Source of the DNA: Botryllus schlosseri
Lineage: Eukaryota
Length of the DNA: 64,000 nucleotides
Reading direction: 5' to 3'
NCBI GenBank assembly: GCA_051294905.1
Contig: CM119372.1
Coordinates: forward strand, 23,252,001-23,316,000
Part shown: one piece after another, positions 1-14,500 of the stretch
How the letters are laid out: the number at the start of each line of letters is the position of its first letter
Numbering within the stretch: the stretch's first letter is position 1
Notes under the pieces: generated by a model
What the model was told of the DNA's origin: nothing
What the model saw: the letters and a program-made list of their open reading frames with translations, nothing else
The model's database searches: none
Translations under genes and position numbers: made by a program

Positions 1-1589
1 CGAACACCCAGTTTGATTTTTGCCAGAAAAATTGAAATTATACGATATATACAGTCTACATCTAAAATCGGAATTAATAATTATTTATTAATTATTTAAT
101 AGTGACTGTAAACAAGAACACGATAGCAATAATTCAATCAGGGCGTTCAAAATGTACCAAAATACTATTTTAAATCTTCGCAATTGGAATTGGGTCAGTT
201 AAATTCAAATCAGTAGATAAATAAATTATATAGTCTGTATCCATAGGCGCCGACTTTTATTTTTTTACGAGGTGGCGAAGTCTTGTGACGTCATAATTGT
301 TCCATATCGATGACGTCATCGTCGCACGAAAACGCACTTTACTGCATGCCGCTGGTGTACGTGCAGAGTTAAACTATTCGCGTGACGTTTTAATATCGGC
401 CCTGCACTAATTATTATCAAACCATGCAGTCGAGTTATTAAATGGAATTTCAAAACGGTACGATCATTTGAAGTGTAACTGCGGTCTGCGCTACCAGTCC
501 GTCCGACGGAATCTGCAGTTGCATCAATGTTATTCACGCGCAATGCCCCGTGTGAGCAACGAAATACACTACGCACTGGCCTTGCAAGTAACACACAACT
601 CTCGAATGCTTCAAGCAGACAATAATGATAATTACAAACGCAAAATCGCGCAGCTAATCAGTAATTGTCAATTGCGGTTTCTTGCTTCGCGTTGACCAAC
701 TCGCATCGCGGCAATCGTTTGATGATTAAAACATTGGTGCATTTCCCGATTTGCGTTCGCGAAGCTTTTCGGGAGTACATCGGTCAATTCGTAATTTCAA
801 TCTGCATGTCGACGGCCGCTAACGCATACTAATTGAATTACATGTTGACGGCCGCACAAATTTCCTTCTCGGGGCGCGGGTTGGCCACCCCTGGGCTAGA
901 ATTAATCCCACTTCCGGACGCATGCCGCGAACTTACCAATAGAAATACACTGTCTATCTAATGCCTAATAGTTTAATATTCGATAGTGTTGTTCTCGATA
1001 CGAGTACATCCAGCAATCAAGTTTATCGGAATGTAGAAGGCTCCCTGTTCAAACGAATCGAATAAAATCAGAATTTGTGCCACCCATAATCTTGCGATGC
1101 ATCAATATTTGACAATGGCATGGCATGGCCTACTGCACGTTAACAATAAAAGGAACACTGTTCGGAGTACGAATGTATCAAGTAGATAACAAGAAATATG
1201 GATGATGGCAAATGAGAAAGCGTGTATTCTAATCAGTATCGCTACGAATCGGTTTTGAATGTGACATCATATTGAGTAACTTTCGTCGCGACAATTGTTT
1301 TCTCATTATATCGGTGTTTAAGCTGTATTGCTACATTTCCCCATTAATGTCACTGGCAAAGCCTTGTTAGAGAAACGAATCTGCGCACAAATGAATTCCA
1401 ATTTGCAGGCACACACCAACACACCCTCCAATTTCGCGCTGCGATTACCTATCACGAAGCTATAGCTAGCTCATGAATGATTTTGTAAACGAATATGGGC
1501 GCACATAATTTAGATTTAAGAAAAGCAGAACGTATATTTGGGCGCCTGGTCGGGAGAGGAGATCTAGGATGGTGCTTCTCAGCACACGC

Positions 1590-2575
1590 TAGGCGCGTAG
1601 CCAGTCGAAAAATTAGGGGGATTTGGATTTTTTTTTAAATTTACCAATATAGCATCAATTGAATTCGGGTCATGTACGATTGTACAATGTACACATGTGT
1701 AAATGGCGATCATATAATATCTTCGTATCGACGATTTTAGGCGTATGATAGGCTTGCCAAAGAGTCCGGGAGTGCTGTCAATTAGTGAGTCCCTGATCTC
1801 CGGTAAACAATTAAATACGCGCGCGCATTACGCAGTCTCGGCTACAGTTTTCGCAAATCAAAATGTCAGAACTCGATGACACCGATTTCAAACCTTTGTC
1901 GTATTTCAGAACTGGAGACATGATACACATCTTCTGATCGTTACGTTCGAGTATTAGCGGGAATCAATTTCGCACGTTACAGTCTGTTTGCAGCGATTCG
2001 ATGTTATTCAGTTTCGCGATGTCGCTTTTTAATTAATATGACATAAAACAATCACTAATTAGCGTAAACTCGACCGCATTGTCTCCAAACCAGCGAGAGA
2101 TAGGAGCCAAAGCATGCTAGGCCCGAGACGCGATAGTTAGGCCATAGGCTAGCAATGATATCTTTCACTCCAGGCCTATTGCATATGCTATTGTGTAGGC
2201 TAGCGATGATATCGTGCACGCCAGGCCGAAGCCGCCAATGCAGATGCGATTGCGCAGTTAAGCGATGATATAGTGTGAACTGGGCCTATTGCAGATGCGA
2301 TTGTTGAAACCTGCGCAACCAGGCTTGATCGAGACGAGATAAATCAGGCTAGCGACGATTGCCACGCTCACGGGAATGAATGACCTAATTTTGCGACCGT
2401 CTCTGCGGGGATCATCGCAGATTCTTCTCGCTAATTGACAACACGTGTCTCGCAAATCCGCTGCGCGGAACACTGATTCCACAAATTAGAGTTAGAATGA
2501 TCTTGTAAAAATGACGGGGTGTCGCGTTTCAAATAGGGATGTTCGACCCCCGAAACCCCCGTGGCTACGTGCCTG
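1590..2575. mobile_element. hAT MITE nested in 242-2756
   Basis: TIR TAGGCGCGTAGCCA / TGGCTACGTGCCTG; perfect TSD GCACACGC (1582-1589, 2576-2583). Confidence 0.85.
2145..2330. repeat. Degenerate ~50-65 bp tandem repeat inside the MITE
   Basis: Recurring AGCGATGATAT...GGCCTATTGCA(G/T)ATGC(G/T)ATTG units, about 3 copies. Confidence 0.55.
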
Positions 2576-2948
2576 GCACACGCGCGTATCGAAATCGAAG
2601 ACGTCTCTAACGCGGTCGCATCGATTCGCCTGATTACCAATTAATGGTCACAAATCACTTGGGCGTTTGAGCATTTTGTACGAGGTGGCCGCCACCTCGT
2701 AAATATGATCACGAGGTGGCTGCGCCACCTCGTAACCTCGTAAGTCGGCGCCTATGTCTGTATCTACAAAAGAAAGCCTATCCTCCATACAGTGAAAACT
2801 GGAAATTTTTTGTGCGGGAGGTTTTTGTTCAAACAGTCTTAACTTTTGTGAGTTTTGAAATCAGGACACAAAAGCTCATCATTTGTGACTACAGGCCACA
2901 CAAAATTTTGAAATTTTTTTTCTAGTCATAACCCTAGTGTGCACCCAC

Positions 2949-5303
2949 CAGACATGGGGTGATTACTTCGTGAATGTAATCGATTGCGATTACGATTACT
3001 TCTGAATGACGCGATTACGATTACGATTACAGCAAAATCAGCAAGTAGTCGATTACGATTACGATTACATTGGAAAAGTAATCACGATTACTCACGATTA
3101 CATTTATTTTGCATCTTAGAAGTTATATTAGAAGACAACATATGGATTGCCCTGAAAAGGCCTAATGAGATAACAAGTTTCTTTAAAAAAGACACGACAT
3201 TTGCTTGTTACGTCATAAAGTACGATTTATTACACCCAACGATTTGCATTCATGCCAGGTCCGCAACTGCCGCAACCCAAATTTCCTAATAGGGTGGGAA
3301 GCGAGCTCGAAGGGGACTCAAAAGTATTTCGTAAACCAACACAAACTATACACTATTTTCGAGGGATTTCATGAACTTGAAAGTTGTCTACGAGCATCGC
3401 GATTTAAATGTCTCTAGATAGCTTGATTTTGAAGTCTCCTCCTCAAGAAAAAAAGCATGCATAATTTATAGTAACAGGCATTTAGGTGCCAGTCAATACC
3501 GCGCCACGACACACCAAAAGAGAGATGCAGTTTCGGTAAACATGCGAATCCACGAAGTGTGCTACTAATGAAGGACATTGGCCAAAACTTGGGGTATGTT
3601 TCCATTGTCAATAGCCGCGCTGGGTGGGCGTGACTAACAGTCCGCTCCTTCCAATCTGAGCCCACAATGCAAATGCCACCCAGGCACCCACAGAGCATTA
3701 AAGGCATGGCCATTTGTGTGTGCGTCTTACGCAAGTATTTCTTTTAGTCTGCTACGTTTGGGCCACAACCATATCTTTTGATTATATAACAGACCGGAGG
3801 TCACGAATTAACAACATACCCTAAAGAAATTATTACAAGATACCAGATAAATCTGACTATCGGGGGCTGAGAGAGGATTAAAAAGGAATGGTAATAAAAT
3901 GCAATTACCAGTATTATTGACGAAATTAATTCTTCAACTTGAAAATTTACTACCCTCTGGGGGCCCAAGACCAACGTTTGGAGTGGCGGACTATTTGCTG
4001 TTTTTGTCCGGATTCTAGCTACAAGCCACGCTAACATTGTATATAAGCCGATGGCTATGGCGGCAGGTCCCAATGTTGAGTAAAGAATTGTGAAATAACG
4101 ATTGGCGCCCGTTTCAAGTAAAATCATATGAGAATAAGAGAAAGTGAACATAAAATTCTGCCTTCAACTTAATACAGATAATGCAATGCAGGCGGCCAAT
4201 ACGAGAAACGGCTCGGTTATGATTAGGGCAAGTTTTTGTGGCAGTTAAATCCGTGGAAAGTTGCATTTATTCATTTATTTTCGAAAAAAGTTGCAGAAGT
4301 TGCATTTTGACCACATTTTGCTTGGTTGACTAAAAAAAGGGTCAATTTTCCGGCTCAGCTCCCGAAATACCCGTAAAAGCATTACTTCGGTGCTGATTTG
4401 CGGTGTTTCAGTCGAATTTGGCCGTGTATTTCACCAAAATCGAAATTACTTTCATGAAAAATCGAAAAAGTTGCATGAAAAATATGGACAAAAGTTGCAA
4501 ACAGTTGCACTATAAGATTCCTTCAAACAGCTTAAAACAGCATTCTACATATCTTACAAGTATTTAGGAAGCTGCCGGAAGCTGTAAAAAAATAGTTGCA
4601 AAAGTTGCAAAAACTTGCCCTAGTTATGATATATACCAGCAGCTGTTGATTTTTAATGCTTCGTCGTGGAAACCGTAATGTTCTATTTGACGAGTAGGCT
4701 TCAAAATTCCAAACCTTTGGCCGGTGTACGTTCGTACTACATAGGCCTACTGCTCGCCAAGCAACAACGGTCAAACTGCGTTTAACTAAGCATAACCAAA
4801 CATCAATACAAAAGTTACTATTTTGAACTAGGCAGAGTGGTGATAAATTATCCTGCTGCGAGGTAATGGCGTCTGGAATGTATTGATAACCTGATATACA
4901 GCACGGTGAGGGTTCTTACAATTACACTAATGTACATCGAATATCTATTCTATTCGCTATGTGTGGATAGCTGGATACTTCTTACGCAATGACGAACAAA
5001 GCTAATAGGCCACTTCTGACGTAATAATGAGCAGTGTCTATTGAAAATCTGACGTTTGTGCTATCACTAACTGGTATAATACCTCTTCCTTGTTCACGAA
5101 TGTTCTGTTTATGTCATAGTCCTGTACAAATAAAAAGTAATCGTTCTTTCACAAAGAAATCGATTAAATATGGGAAGTAGTCGATTACGATTACGATTAT
5201 TTCGTAATTTTCTCGAATGTAATCGATTGCGATTACGATTACTTGAAAATGCTGTAATCGTCGTAATCGATTACGATTACTAATCGCGATTACCCCATGT
5301 CTG
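2949..5303. mobile_element. Non-autonomous hAT element with GATTAC subterminal arrays
   Basis: TIR CAGACATGGGGT / ACCCCATGTCTG; perfect TSD GCACCCAC (2941-2948, 5304-5311); (GATTAC)n arrays at ~2980-3100 and ~5180-5295. Confidence 0.9.
4224..4622. mobile_element. hAT MITE nested in 2949-5303
   Basis: TIR TAGGGCAAGTTTTTG / CAAAAACTTGCCCTA; perfect TSD GTTATGAT; AAGTTGCA subterminal repeats. Confidence 0.9.
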
Positions 5304-5563
5304 GCACCCACTTCACAAATAGTAAAAAATGCATTTTAAAAGAATGAATCGCGCACAGTAGTTGTAAATATGGAGATACTCATTTGAATTTGGCAAGCAA
5401 CTAAATGTTAGATATCCGTCAGCAAGATCAATGACTGAAACCAAAATTTCAAAAATCTTCTCCGGTGCTGAATATTTAGGCCACTGTCCAGTCGTAGAGT
5501 CCTAGAACAGGACCTAATTTCAAGTCTATTTTATCTGTCCTGTTGCTCCGTTGTTACGCGTAG

Positions 5564-8500
5564 ATTCGTAATTTGGAGCTGCAGCTACAAGAGAAGACGA
5601 CGGACAACGAAAATTTACGGCGCGAGCTGAACGAAGCGCACGAGATTGGAAACCGCAATATGTTGGAGAAACTGAGTGGCGCAATAGACCAAGGGCAACG
5701 TTTACAGTCGGACAAGATCGAGGTGGGCCACAAGTTTGAAATGCGATTACCGTTTGTAAAGCAAATTTTCCTGTGAGAGATTTAATGCCAGGGGAAAGTC
5801 GATGTATGAATAGACTTTAAATGAGTGGCTAAAGAGCCAACTGACAACTCTGATTGAACTTAGTCACCGATGCTTCACAGGTAGAAGTAGAAATAATACT
5901 TTGCGCTTCTACTTTAGTACAAGTAAACATTTGTGAGACAGACCTATGTACTTATATTAGAAGTTAAAGTTGAATTTGGTCGATCTACTTTAGTATGGGC
6001 CATCGCATCATAGACTGAAACCGAATTATTTGCATGAAAAATTTGAACAGGCCAATATATTTTGAGTAGCCTTGGATCATCCGTACAAGCAAAATCATCA
6101 TGTTGTATGACCATTAGGCGGTTTGATAACGAACACGGAATTTATTCGGTCATTTATAAATTGTGTGTAGGCTACATATTGTACTTTGCAATTTTGACAG
6201 TTGTTAACGACTGGCAACAAATAAAAGTCTAAGGACACATCCTTAACTATTGGTGAAAGACTGTGTATGAACGTGTGAGCGATTCTGAAACCTTGCAAAG
6301 TAGTTTGACCTGCCACAGAAAAATCATTATCACTACTCATGATTACCAGTCCCGGATGAACAAAGTTGACCCAGTTATGTAACATGTCTATATCACCTGC
6401 ATTTCATATAGAAGCTGTTTAGAGTCACAATATTCCCGACATTGCGATTATGCCGCATATTTTAGTACTAAATTTATTGTAAGTAGTACAAGGATAATTA
6501 AATGGCGCAGATTTTACCATCTATCAGTTTTGTACCGGTACCAAGAATAGAGGCTTTCTCGTGTTTATTGGTAATGGTGGGTGTCTGATTTCGAAGACTA
6601 CTCCAAGTCTTTTCGACACCTTCCTATCTTTCATTGTATCGGAATCTTGTGGTGTATTGAAATGATGAAATTCTTAGCAATAAATCGCATTGTATTGGTG
6701 GTTGCATTTAATGCTGCTGACCATTATGTATACAGCACGTCCAGGACCGTAAGATAGCTCATCTCAACTGTTGACCCACAGTTCGTGACTCCGCCATTTG
6801 CTTTCCAGGAACTCGTTACGAACACAAACAAAATCCAGAGTATCTTGGATAAACCCAAGCCGATCACCGCTGAGATGTGGTCTCAGTATTCGCCGCGTTT
6901 TGGCAAGCCACCTATCGACAGCCGATCCAGCGTATCTGCCAATCTTCCTCCGTCGACATCTCGAGATAGTCACGTTGCGACGACAAGTAATGCAGCTGGC
7001 ACGTACATCTGCGATGTTCAAAGCTATCCTCCAACCAATCATGACGGTCAGCATAATTCTGGAGTGCATACCGTAGTGCGGGCTCATCAAGACATCGGTA
7101 GGTTTCTGCTCGTATGGTAAACTTTGCCGGAAAATCAATTTGTCTTGTCATAGCGCTGTCTCCTGCCCTGCATGGTCCGCGATACTTATCGCCGAGAGCA
7201 ATTTTGAAGTTATCGGAGTGTCTTCCGTACGGCATGCAGCACTGCCTCACCCCGCAACGATCAGTGCAGCGATTTGAAATGGCCGATGCGAAGAAATTTT
7301 CGCCAGTGGCCGCGATCAAACCGTTTTTTCGAGGTGGGATGAATCTTGGTGTTGTGAACTAAGAAATCTTTTGTGTACCTCCCCGCTATCCCCAGTGTAT
7401 GTGTTGTCGACCAGGGGTCCAGTGTTAAACACACAACTGATTTATAAAATCCATCATTACTTTTGACTTATGTCCATATTTTTCTCGTTGCCGGTGCCCA
7501 CCAGAACTCACAATAGCCGCACGGACCCTAATAATTGCACAACAGCACCCCAACTGTTATTCAGGCCATGATGAGGGCTGGGCAAAAGTGATGACCTTTT
7601 TTAGTCATCAGTAAGGCGATTATATTTTGACCTAGAAACAGAAGATTTTGCTCTAAAAAACTCTGGCATTTTTTGACATTAAATAACTTTGACAAAATTT
7701 TGCCGTCGAGTATTTAAATTAGGCATTGTTGGATATCATGTTCGAATTGCAGTACTAGTCTGCATTTCTGGTTGGAATTGTTTTTCCTAACGAAGTAGCT
7801 TGACGAGAATAGAGAAAAAAACGTTCAATAGCAGCAGCAGTTGTTTGCTGGAAGCATTGAAGTTGAGTGTATACTGCTAGAGTGCTAGTGACACTCCCGT
7901 TGCTTCAATCGACAATGTTGACTACTTTGCACTTTTTTAGACCACAGCCCAAATCTGAGTTTTGTTAACATCTTGCGTACCATCCATACGTTGAGAATCA
8001 CTGTGCTAGAAGAACCAATCTCCATCACGTAGTCAAGTTTCAGATTCGGATTGGAGATGTCGGCGCGAGCTTGTAAAATCTTCGCACGAAATGCAGTGTG
8101 CAAAATAATTTTGACAAATTTTTGACCTAAACTGCAATGACATATGTCAAAAAATCATCTCCCTAGTCATCGGGTAGCTTTTTAAACCAGAGGCGATAAT
8201 GATTAGGATTAGAACTGGGCAATATTGATGACCTTTATTTATCGATTAGAAGGCTACAGTCTGAAGATTAACTCGGACTAGGTCAGTGGTTCTCAACCGC
8301 CGGTCCACGGACCGGTACCAGTCCGCGACAACTTTGCTGCCGGTCCGCCAAGTATATTACAATTTTATACTTCAATTTCAATATGCAATATGTTGAAGGC
8401 TTGTCCAGTGTCCATTGATAAAACAAATAAAACATCAATTATGTCAACTTTAAACGGATTCAGAACTCTGTGCGGTACCATTAGGTCTGGAAACATTTTC

Positions 8501-11500
8501 GATTTGACTTGAAGTTCAAGCCGTGCCCTTTAACGGCATGCATGCGACAAGTACGAGCTGACTTGCTAAACCGCGAAGTTTGTACGATCATTCGTCATCT
8601 ATTCATTCATTTTGTACATGTCCGTAACTGTCGCACTCCAAACCCCCCAATTGGAGGGGAACGAGCTCAATGAGCGCCCTAAATTATTTTGTGAATGAAC
8701 AAAAATGATAGAGTATTTTTTGAAACTTTATCAAATTGTTTTCGCGCTTTTCGCTGTTTAGTGACACTAACTGTCTTTGGGGGAAGGGCTGACGAAGTGC
8801 TTTTTCAGCTCTGATTTGTAGCTGACCAGGTATAGCTGTTGTCGGGTGTTTTCGTGCGACGCATTGTTTTCGCAGTAGCCAGAGTAGCCTACGTCTGGTG
8901 GTAGTAGGCAATGAGCACGATAGCACGACAAGGTGCTTGGTTTGACTCTGAAATGTTACATCTCTCGCTATTATCGAAGAGAAGAGTATTATTCGAATGG
9001 CCGTGTTCGGTTAAATCCACGAATTTTGGCGCGAAAGTCTGTTAACGACTCAGCAGACTCACTACCATAAAATCACATGGATGACATCATGAACATAACT
9101 AATTACGATCGACATCCCTCAGAATGTGAATGTCTAGCACCATATACTTTCAAAAATTGAAATCAACCGAAAATGTAAAGTATGCAACCGTTTTTTGCGA
9201 GTCCACCGGTCTGCCAAATATTTTTTGAAATTTTACCGGTTCGTGAGGTGAAAAAGGTTGAGAACCACTGGACTAGGTCAAAATAGGCAGGGGTGGGCAA
9301 ACTACGGCCCGCGGGCCGCACGCGGCCAGCGAAAGTTTAAAGAAACTTTTTTTAAATATTGATAAAATGCGTAGGCTACTACAAATCGAAAATGCAGGGA
9401 CTTGATCAAACTTTTTCTTAGTATATTTCACCATGATAATTCAAAGACATTGGTCCTCAAACTGGGGGGTGCGCGCCCTTGAGGGCGTGAAATCAAATGG
9501 AGGGGGGGCGCGAAGCTGAGCCAAACTGAAAAATCCTATTCATCATTTTTGTTCTATATTTAGTCTGAATTTCATATTTAAAATTTTCCCATCCACAGTC
9601 GTAACCTTCCATGCCATCAAACTATCTGTTAGGTTTGCTTGCATCCTGGTTGCATTTTGTGCTATGACGATAAGGGGCGCGAAATCTTTCATCATCATAA
9701 GGGTGGGAGGGCGTGTCCTAAAAAGTTTGAGAACCCTGTTCTACGGTAAATACTTCCTATATTCTTTTTTATGTTCAATTTCTGGCGCGACAGCCCGATT
9801 TCTAGGCCCACGCAGTTTGAAGGGTTTCAACTGCTAAACATCACAGAAATCCTAAACGAGATTGACATAATTCTGATCACGAGTGTGATTTCAGATTCGC
9901 CACTCCAGTTTTAATAATTTCAGTGATGTGCTTATAAAAAACGATTCGTGCGTGTCTTAGGTAGATTCGTTCTCTGTATGCGTAGAATATTTTATCTACA
10001 CATAGTAGAAGCGTGTTTGAAGCCAACATTGTTATGATGGTGTCAGCATTGTGTGTCCTGGAGCTGAATCAAAAGTCGAATTTGTAAATCTATGAACAGA
10101 TAGCTGCTCACAGATTTGAATCTCAACCCTGTTCGAAAAATCGAGTCAACCGACTTTCATCTCTATAATTTTGACAAATTGGTTATTGAGGTCGACCAGC
10201 CAATGAAATCTCGCCACTATGTTTCTGGCGCGTGTACGATATTATCAAAGCAATGTTTGGTTTGTTTTAAATAAGCATATATATTATCTCCATGTCCTCA
10301 CTATATAATCAAATACCAATATTGCGTTTTGGTTTATAATCCCAATTTTATATAGTGCGGCCCGCGAATGGATTAAGATGTTGAATGCGGCCCGCGAGCT
10401 CAAAAGTTTGCCCACCCCTGCAATAGGGGGTCAGCCTAACCGCCAAAAAAATTTTGAGGATCCACGCTAAAACAAACCAAATTTATAGGGATCATAGCAA
10501 AACCGCGGAAGAGTTGTGTTTTCTGAACCGTAATATGCGTCCGTTTGACTGGAAGTACTAGTTTCTACTCAGTTCTTACTCAGCTTGTGTTTGATTGTAA
10601 CTGAAATAAGTTTAAATGTTATACATTTTTCAAATCATCATCACTTATTAGGAGTTCTAGTTGAAATATGTCACATTTTGATATCTGCATCATCGACAAA
10701 AATATGGGTTTGTGGTGTATCGGTCATGTTCTATCTCTCTGCTATTTGACACTCTTCCATTAAAATTCCGTTGTTGAGACGCAGTCTCAACAGCACAGCA
10801 GGCAAGTAGAAGCCCAGATGAACCCCCCGACAATTGGACAATGTTCTAGCGCCGACACTGTTAGTATTAACCGGCTTCGCCAATTTCCCTGATTGCCGCT
10901 TGGGTGTGACGCCTGCAGATTGTGATCCAATCAATGAGGCATAAGGGCTGACACAGATGAGCCTTTTACACTAAAAATTGCGTTATCGGTCATATGTAAC
11001 TGATTCTGTCAAGCCAATTAGTATTTCATTGTCTTTTCCAGATCTCCACTGCAATATATTCTTATTCTTGTGCATGCAGGGGGTAGCAGTGATAATCGCG
11101 GTCATCATAACGTGCCGACATGTGTTAGCAACGCAAGTTACCATATTCTGGCGCAGCAGCAAAGAGAGAGCTGGTACGCTCGAAACACGCGCTCGGCAAA
11201 GTGAGGAATGAATCAACTGTATTTTAGCATGACTGTTGTCGGAAGTTATGACTTCTGGGCGGTACTCATCATTAGATTGCATGAGATTTCGTTTTATGAT
11301 GGCGTGTAGAGCATGAATTGCAATGCTTCAAAGTAACGCAAAGTTGAATAGTGGATACATTGTAATTGAGGGGTCAAGAAAAGATGGCTGGCAAGCCACA
11401 TATGACTCTTTTCATTATGTCATATAACTGCCATAGAAATAACTGAAAGTTGACAATTTTCAACCGGTGCGATTATCGCGAATAGATATCCATTGCTATC

Positions 11501-14500
11501 TTATGTATGATCCGTCAAGAGTTTTGACAACAGCCAAAAGTAAGAGGTTGAATGGGTGATGGGATATGACGGGGCCTAGATATGTTTCGCGCAGCCGAAG
11601 TTATTTCCTAGTTAAATTCTATGATGCTTCACGTGGCACGATTCCACGCAGCAACGAATAAATAGGGTCTGAGGTGCAGCTCGTTGTCAGTGTTAATAGG
11701 TTGAGGTTTCACAGTATTTTGACGACAATGCGCTACGATTCGAAACGGAGCGAAAACTTCAGAACGCCGTCGCTGGTGCAGCGGAATGCTTCCAACTCTT
11801 CGGTGGCGAAAAGGAAGAGAGAACTCGGAGGGAGCCCGTTGAAGCGAGTTCGTATGCAACAACCCGCCATGGATGCCGAAGGGGTATGTGTTGAAGCCAT
11901 TAATGCGCTTTCCGGGGGTGATCGGTCAAGAAGTACTTCAACTTTTATGAAGTGCTCATGTTGGTTTGGCCTGCTTGAACTACTGCCTCAAGTGGTTATG
12001 ATTTTTGACTAGTTCTACTTTTTTCGGCAAAACTAATCCTAGAAAACTTACTTTATAATGTACTTGGAAACTACTACTTTTATGTGAACTCGAGTACCAA
12101 CAATGACTGCTTTCATTCGATCTGGTGCTAACTCCATAGAAAATTGTGATCTGCTGTCCTGGTCATGATTGAGAACTAACTGGTGGAGTGGCACATTATG
12201 GGATAACTTCTCAGTAGACTTTTCTCGAAGGTGAATTGTCAATTCCGGAGGCGCTATGGCGTCTCTTTAGATATTCGGAGATCGAGGATGGGTGAAACGA
12301 GTCACTGATCCGAGATCGGTTAGAAGCAATTTTCTCTTAATATGGTTCGGATAGGGTACGTCAGAAATATAATCGGATTGTGGCTACTGGTAGTAATCTA
12401 CTTTTTCAGAATTGGTTTTTCCTCTACTTGCACTGCGTGCTCCAGTGACAATGTTTATTGTCGAATTTTGCAAAGTAGAATGTAGTTTTGGAATATGCTT
12501 GCGTCGTTTTTACGATTGAAATCAAGCATAACAACTGGAAAAATAGCTCTAACTCTCATAAATCAATATGTTGTCTGAACTCGTAATATAGTCTGTCATT
12601 TTTTCACTCTGTTTATATATGACAGTGTCGAGGGAAAAGCCATAATTTCCAATGTCGCCATGTTTTTATTTTTTACGGTCTATCTCAAATCTTGCTGTAT
12701 AATGAATTTCCGTGCAACATTGTAATGGCTTTTTCGCAACGTCACGTTATAAGATAAATTTTTGTTACAGCAATCCGAAACGGTGCTCTCTGTGGTTGAT
12801 GACAAAAGTGACAGGTAAATTGAGAGTGGCTTCGTCCGTGCACTTGAAATTTTACAACTGCGATTATATTTCAGTCTGGCTATTTGTACACCGGACGAGA
12901 CGTTCAAGCAAGAAATATTATCGCCGACCGCGTCCTCGCTACGAATCAGGAGATGTCCGCTGTATCAGAAAGCGTAATATACAGACTGGGTGTGGAGATA
13001 TTGAAATTTGATTTGTTCATACGCGGTCGTTTCTTAGTTGGCCGGAAGTGACGGAATCGGACGGAGACAGCACCGACAACGACAGTGTGATCATTTTTGA
13101 TTCTCCCGGTGATAAGGTGCGTTTTCGAGCGGCAGCACAGTTCAGCGACACGTGGCCACACTGACTGTACACTGTAGAGTTTCTTCTGCTTGTTGGCAGG
13201 CTTTGAATGACTCGAGTCATTTTCCATAATTTGCACTTGATTTGAACAAGTATTATGACTCCAGTTTCAGACGGCCAAGACGGGCGTTTCGTTGTAACTT
13301 CGAAGAATAGTAAGCCACAGGGTTGTAACCAAGTCACATGGTTCCGAGTCACGAGTCAATCTTACTTTTGTGGTTTTGACTCGAGTCCGAGTCCAAGTCA
13401 CCGTTTAAAGGGTCAAGTCCGAGTCATAGTGTTATGACTCGAGTCCGAGTTCAAGTCACAGCATTGAAGTCATGTTTAACTTATGTTCTCAATCCTGCTA
13501 GGGCGATATCGAATTCCTTGCTTGCCAAACATGCTTATTTTGTCCCTACCAGAGTCTTGGCACATGTATATTTAGGCAGATAACGGACAGTTCCTGGCCT
13601 CATTTACCGATGCTACAGATAGACGAGACAGGCCGCCAATATGATAAGTTAACTAATCGTAGAACTTTATATCAAATATCTGTCTTGTCAGTCTGATACA
13701 TCACAAAACAAGCATTCAGTTTTTATTACGAGCACATCGAAGACAGCTCACAAATAGCTTATAGATAACCAACGAATTCACGTCTAGATATCAGCTGATA
13801 GAGATTAGAGAATCAACATATGCATGTTTATGTAGATGTAGAGGTACAGTTTTTCTTTCACATTATCAGGTAGTTGACTAAAAAAAGGTCAACTTTCCTG
13901 CTCAGCTCACGAAATAGCCGCCGGAGCGTTACTTCAGTGCTGATTTACTGTATCATAGTCGAATTTGCCCTACATTTACCAAAAATTCTCAAAAAAGAGG
14001 ACAAAATCTCAAAAAGGAGGCTCCTTTTTGAAATTGTTAGATTGCCTAAAATAACTTAAATTTGGCTCAATCCCAACCAGTAGAAAGCAATGCTATGAGA
14101 GAAAATTTTGGATTAATTACAAATAGACATTTTCGAATTTTACCGGCTACCTCGTGATATGGTTAGATTATGTAAAAATATGATTCATGGCAAATTTGGC
14201 TCAATTCCAACTAGAAGAAGCAAAGTTATTAGGGTGGATTACTACTAGTATGTAATTATATTATATGAAAGAAATTCTCACTAAAAATACTCCATTTATT
14301 TTCAAATCCAAAATTTTCTCCTCTCATATCATTGATTCCATTTTTCAAAATCAAGCCAGATTCTTTTTATACAACATAATAATTTTATCAAGTAGCCACC
14401 CAGTAGAATAAAAAAGAAGTTATTTTTGAACAGCCCTATTGTACAAACATTACACAACATTAGCCATTCATTATTACTCACGTGCACAATGCACATACCT

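Larger units (their letters stand above)
242..2756. mobile_element. Non-autonomous hAT-type DNA transposon
   Basis: 15-bp TIR CATAGGCGCCGACTT / AAGTCGGCGCCTATG; perfect 8-bp TSD TCTGTATC (234-241, 2757-2764); subterminal ACGAGGTGGC repeats; no long ORF. Confidence 0.9.

Noticed and set aside
3801..4151. Hydrophobic 116-aa ORF as a membrane-protein cargo gene
   Set aside because: It lies in an AT-rich transposon interior, has no recognisable family, and the homologous copy at ~33.7 kb does not obviously keep the frame.
13017..13352. Minus-strand 111-aa ORF as a convergent gene
   Set aside because: It starts inside a transposon, and the + strand exon 13038-13116 explains the region better.
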